A stretch of DNA of 20,515 bases from NCBI GenBank assembly GCA_002189035.1, contig NEEC01000239.1:1-20515 (forward strand), read 5' to 3'. Source of the stretch: Utricularia gibba (lineage: Eukaryota > Plantae > Magnoliophyta). Below are positions 20,193 to 20,515 of the stretch, piece after piece. The translations under genes were made by a program, and so were the position numbers. Each line of letters begins with the position of its first letter. Positions within the stretch are counted from its first letter, which is position 1. The notes beneath the pieces are model-generated. The model saw only the letters and a program-made list of their open reading frames with translations. It was not told where the DNA came from and ran no database searches.

Positions 20193-20515
20193 ATAATCAT
20201 GTGATATATGTTTATTAAAATATAAATAATGTAAATACGTTAGTTATTAAAGCATATACTACATGTGAAAGTTTCTTAGTTTTTAATTTTATTAGCATTC
20301 GACCCTTAGTTATACTTTGGATGGAGTGTGCATTTTTATTTTAATCATTTAATTAGCATTCGATCCTTGGTTAAGATTCCAATCGAGTGTATATTTTTTA
20401 TTTGAACGATTCTATTTGCATTCGATTCTAAGATATGATGCGGATCGAGCGTATATTTTTTATTTTAATATTTTTATTGGCTTTCGGTCTTTAGACATGA
20501 TTCGGATCGAGTGGA
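20193..20515. mobile_element. Foldback element, partial copy (left arm, cut by window edge)
   Basis: Begins ATAATCATGTGATATATG and carries the first ~62-bp subrepeats. Confidence 0.7.

Larger units (their letters stand above)
1..20515. repeat. Tandem array (macrosatellite) of a ~2.33-kb composite unit, ~8.8 copies
   Basis: The anchor TGGTAATAATTAAGTCAAAG recurs at 1, 2323, 4656, 6991, 9326, 11661, 13995, 16325 and 18659, giving unit lengths 2322, 2333, 2335, 2335, 2335, 2334, 2330, 2334 and a partial 1857. The ORF track repeats with the same period. The array runs off both window edges. Confidence 0.99.

Overview
The whole window is one head-to-tail tandem array of a ~2.33-kb non-coding unit: 8 full copies plus 1857 bp of a ninth. 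Phased on the first base (TGGTAATAATTAAG), units start at 1, 2323, 4656, 6991, 9326, 11661, 13995, 16325 and 18659. The copies are nearly identical, and most differences are homopolymer-length changes. I find no supportable protein-coding gene, rRNA, tRNA or CRISPR array; all listed ORFs recur once per unit and break at homopolymer indels. The unit is a mosaic of five modules: (1) a single hAT-like transposon end (TAGAGATGGG) followed by ~155 bp of GGGTT/AACCC motifs; (2) a T-rich linker and a degenerate 48-bp duplet; (3) ~860 bp of an older GC-rich satellite made of alternating 144-159-bp A and B monomers; (4) a ~270-bp segment with no internal repeat; (5) a ~899-bp AT-rich foldback (long imperfect inverted repeat) whose arms are built of ~62-bp subrepeats, each carrying a TCGATCC-N13-GGATCGA-like dyad, around a perfect 13-bp GC-rich hairpin. 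A eukaryotic, probably plant, origin is an inference from the TIR type and the telo-box/site II motifs. The most interesting points are the nested foldback with phased dyad sites, the composite architecture that was apparently amplified recently, and an incomplete hammerhead-like core in one satellite monomer.
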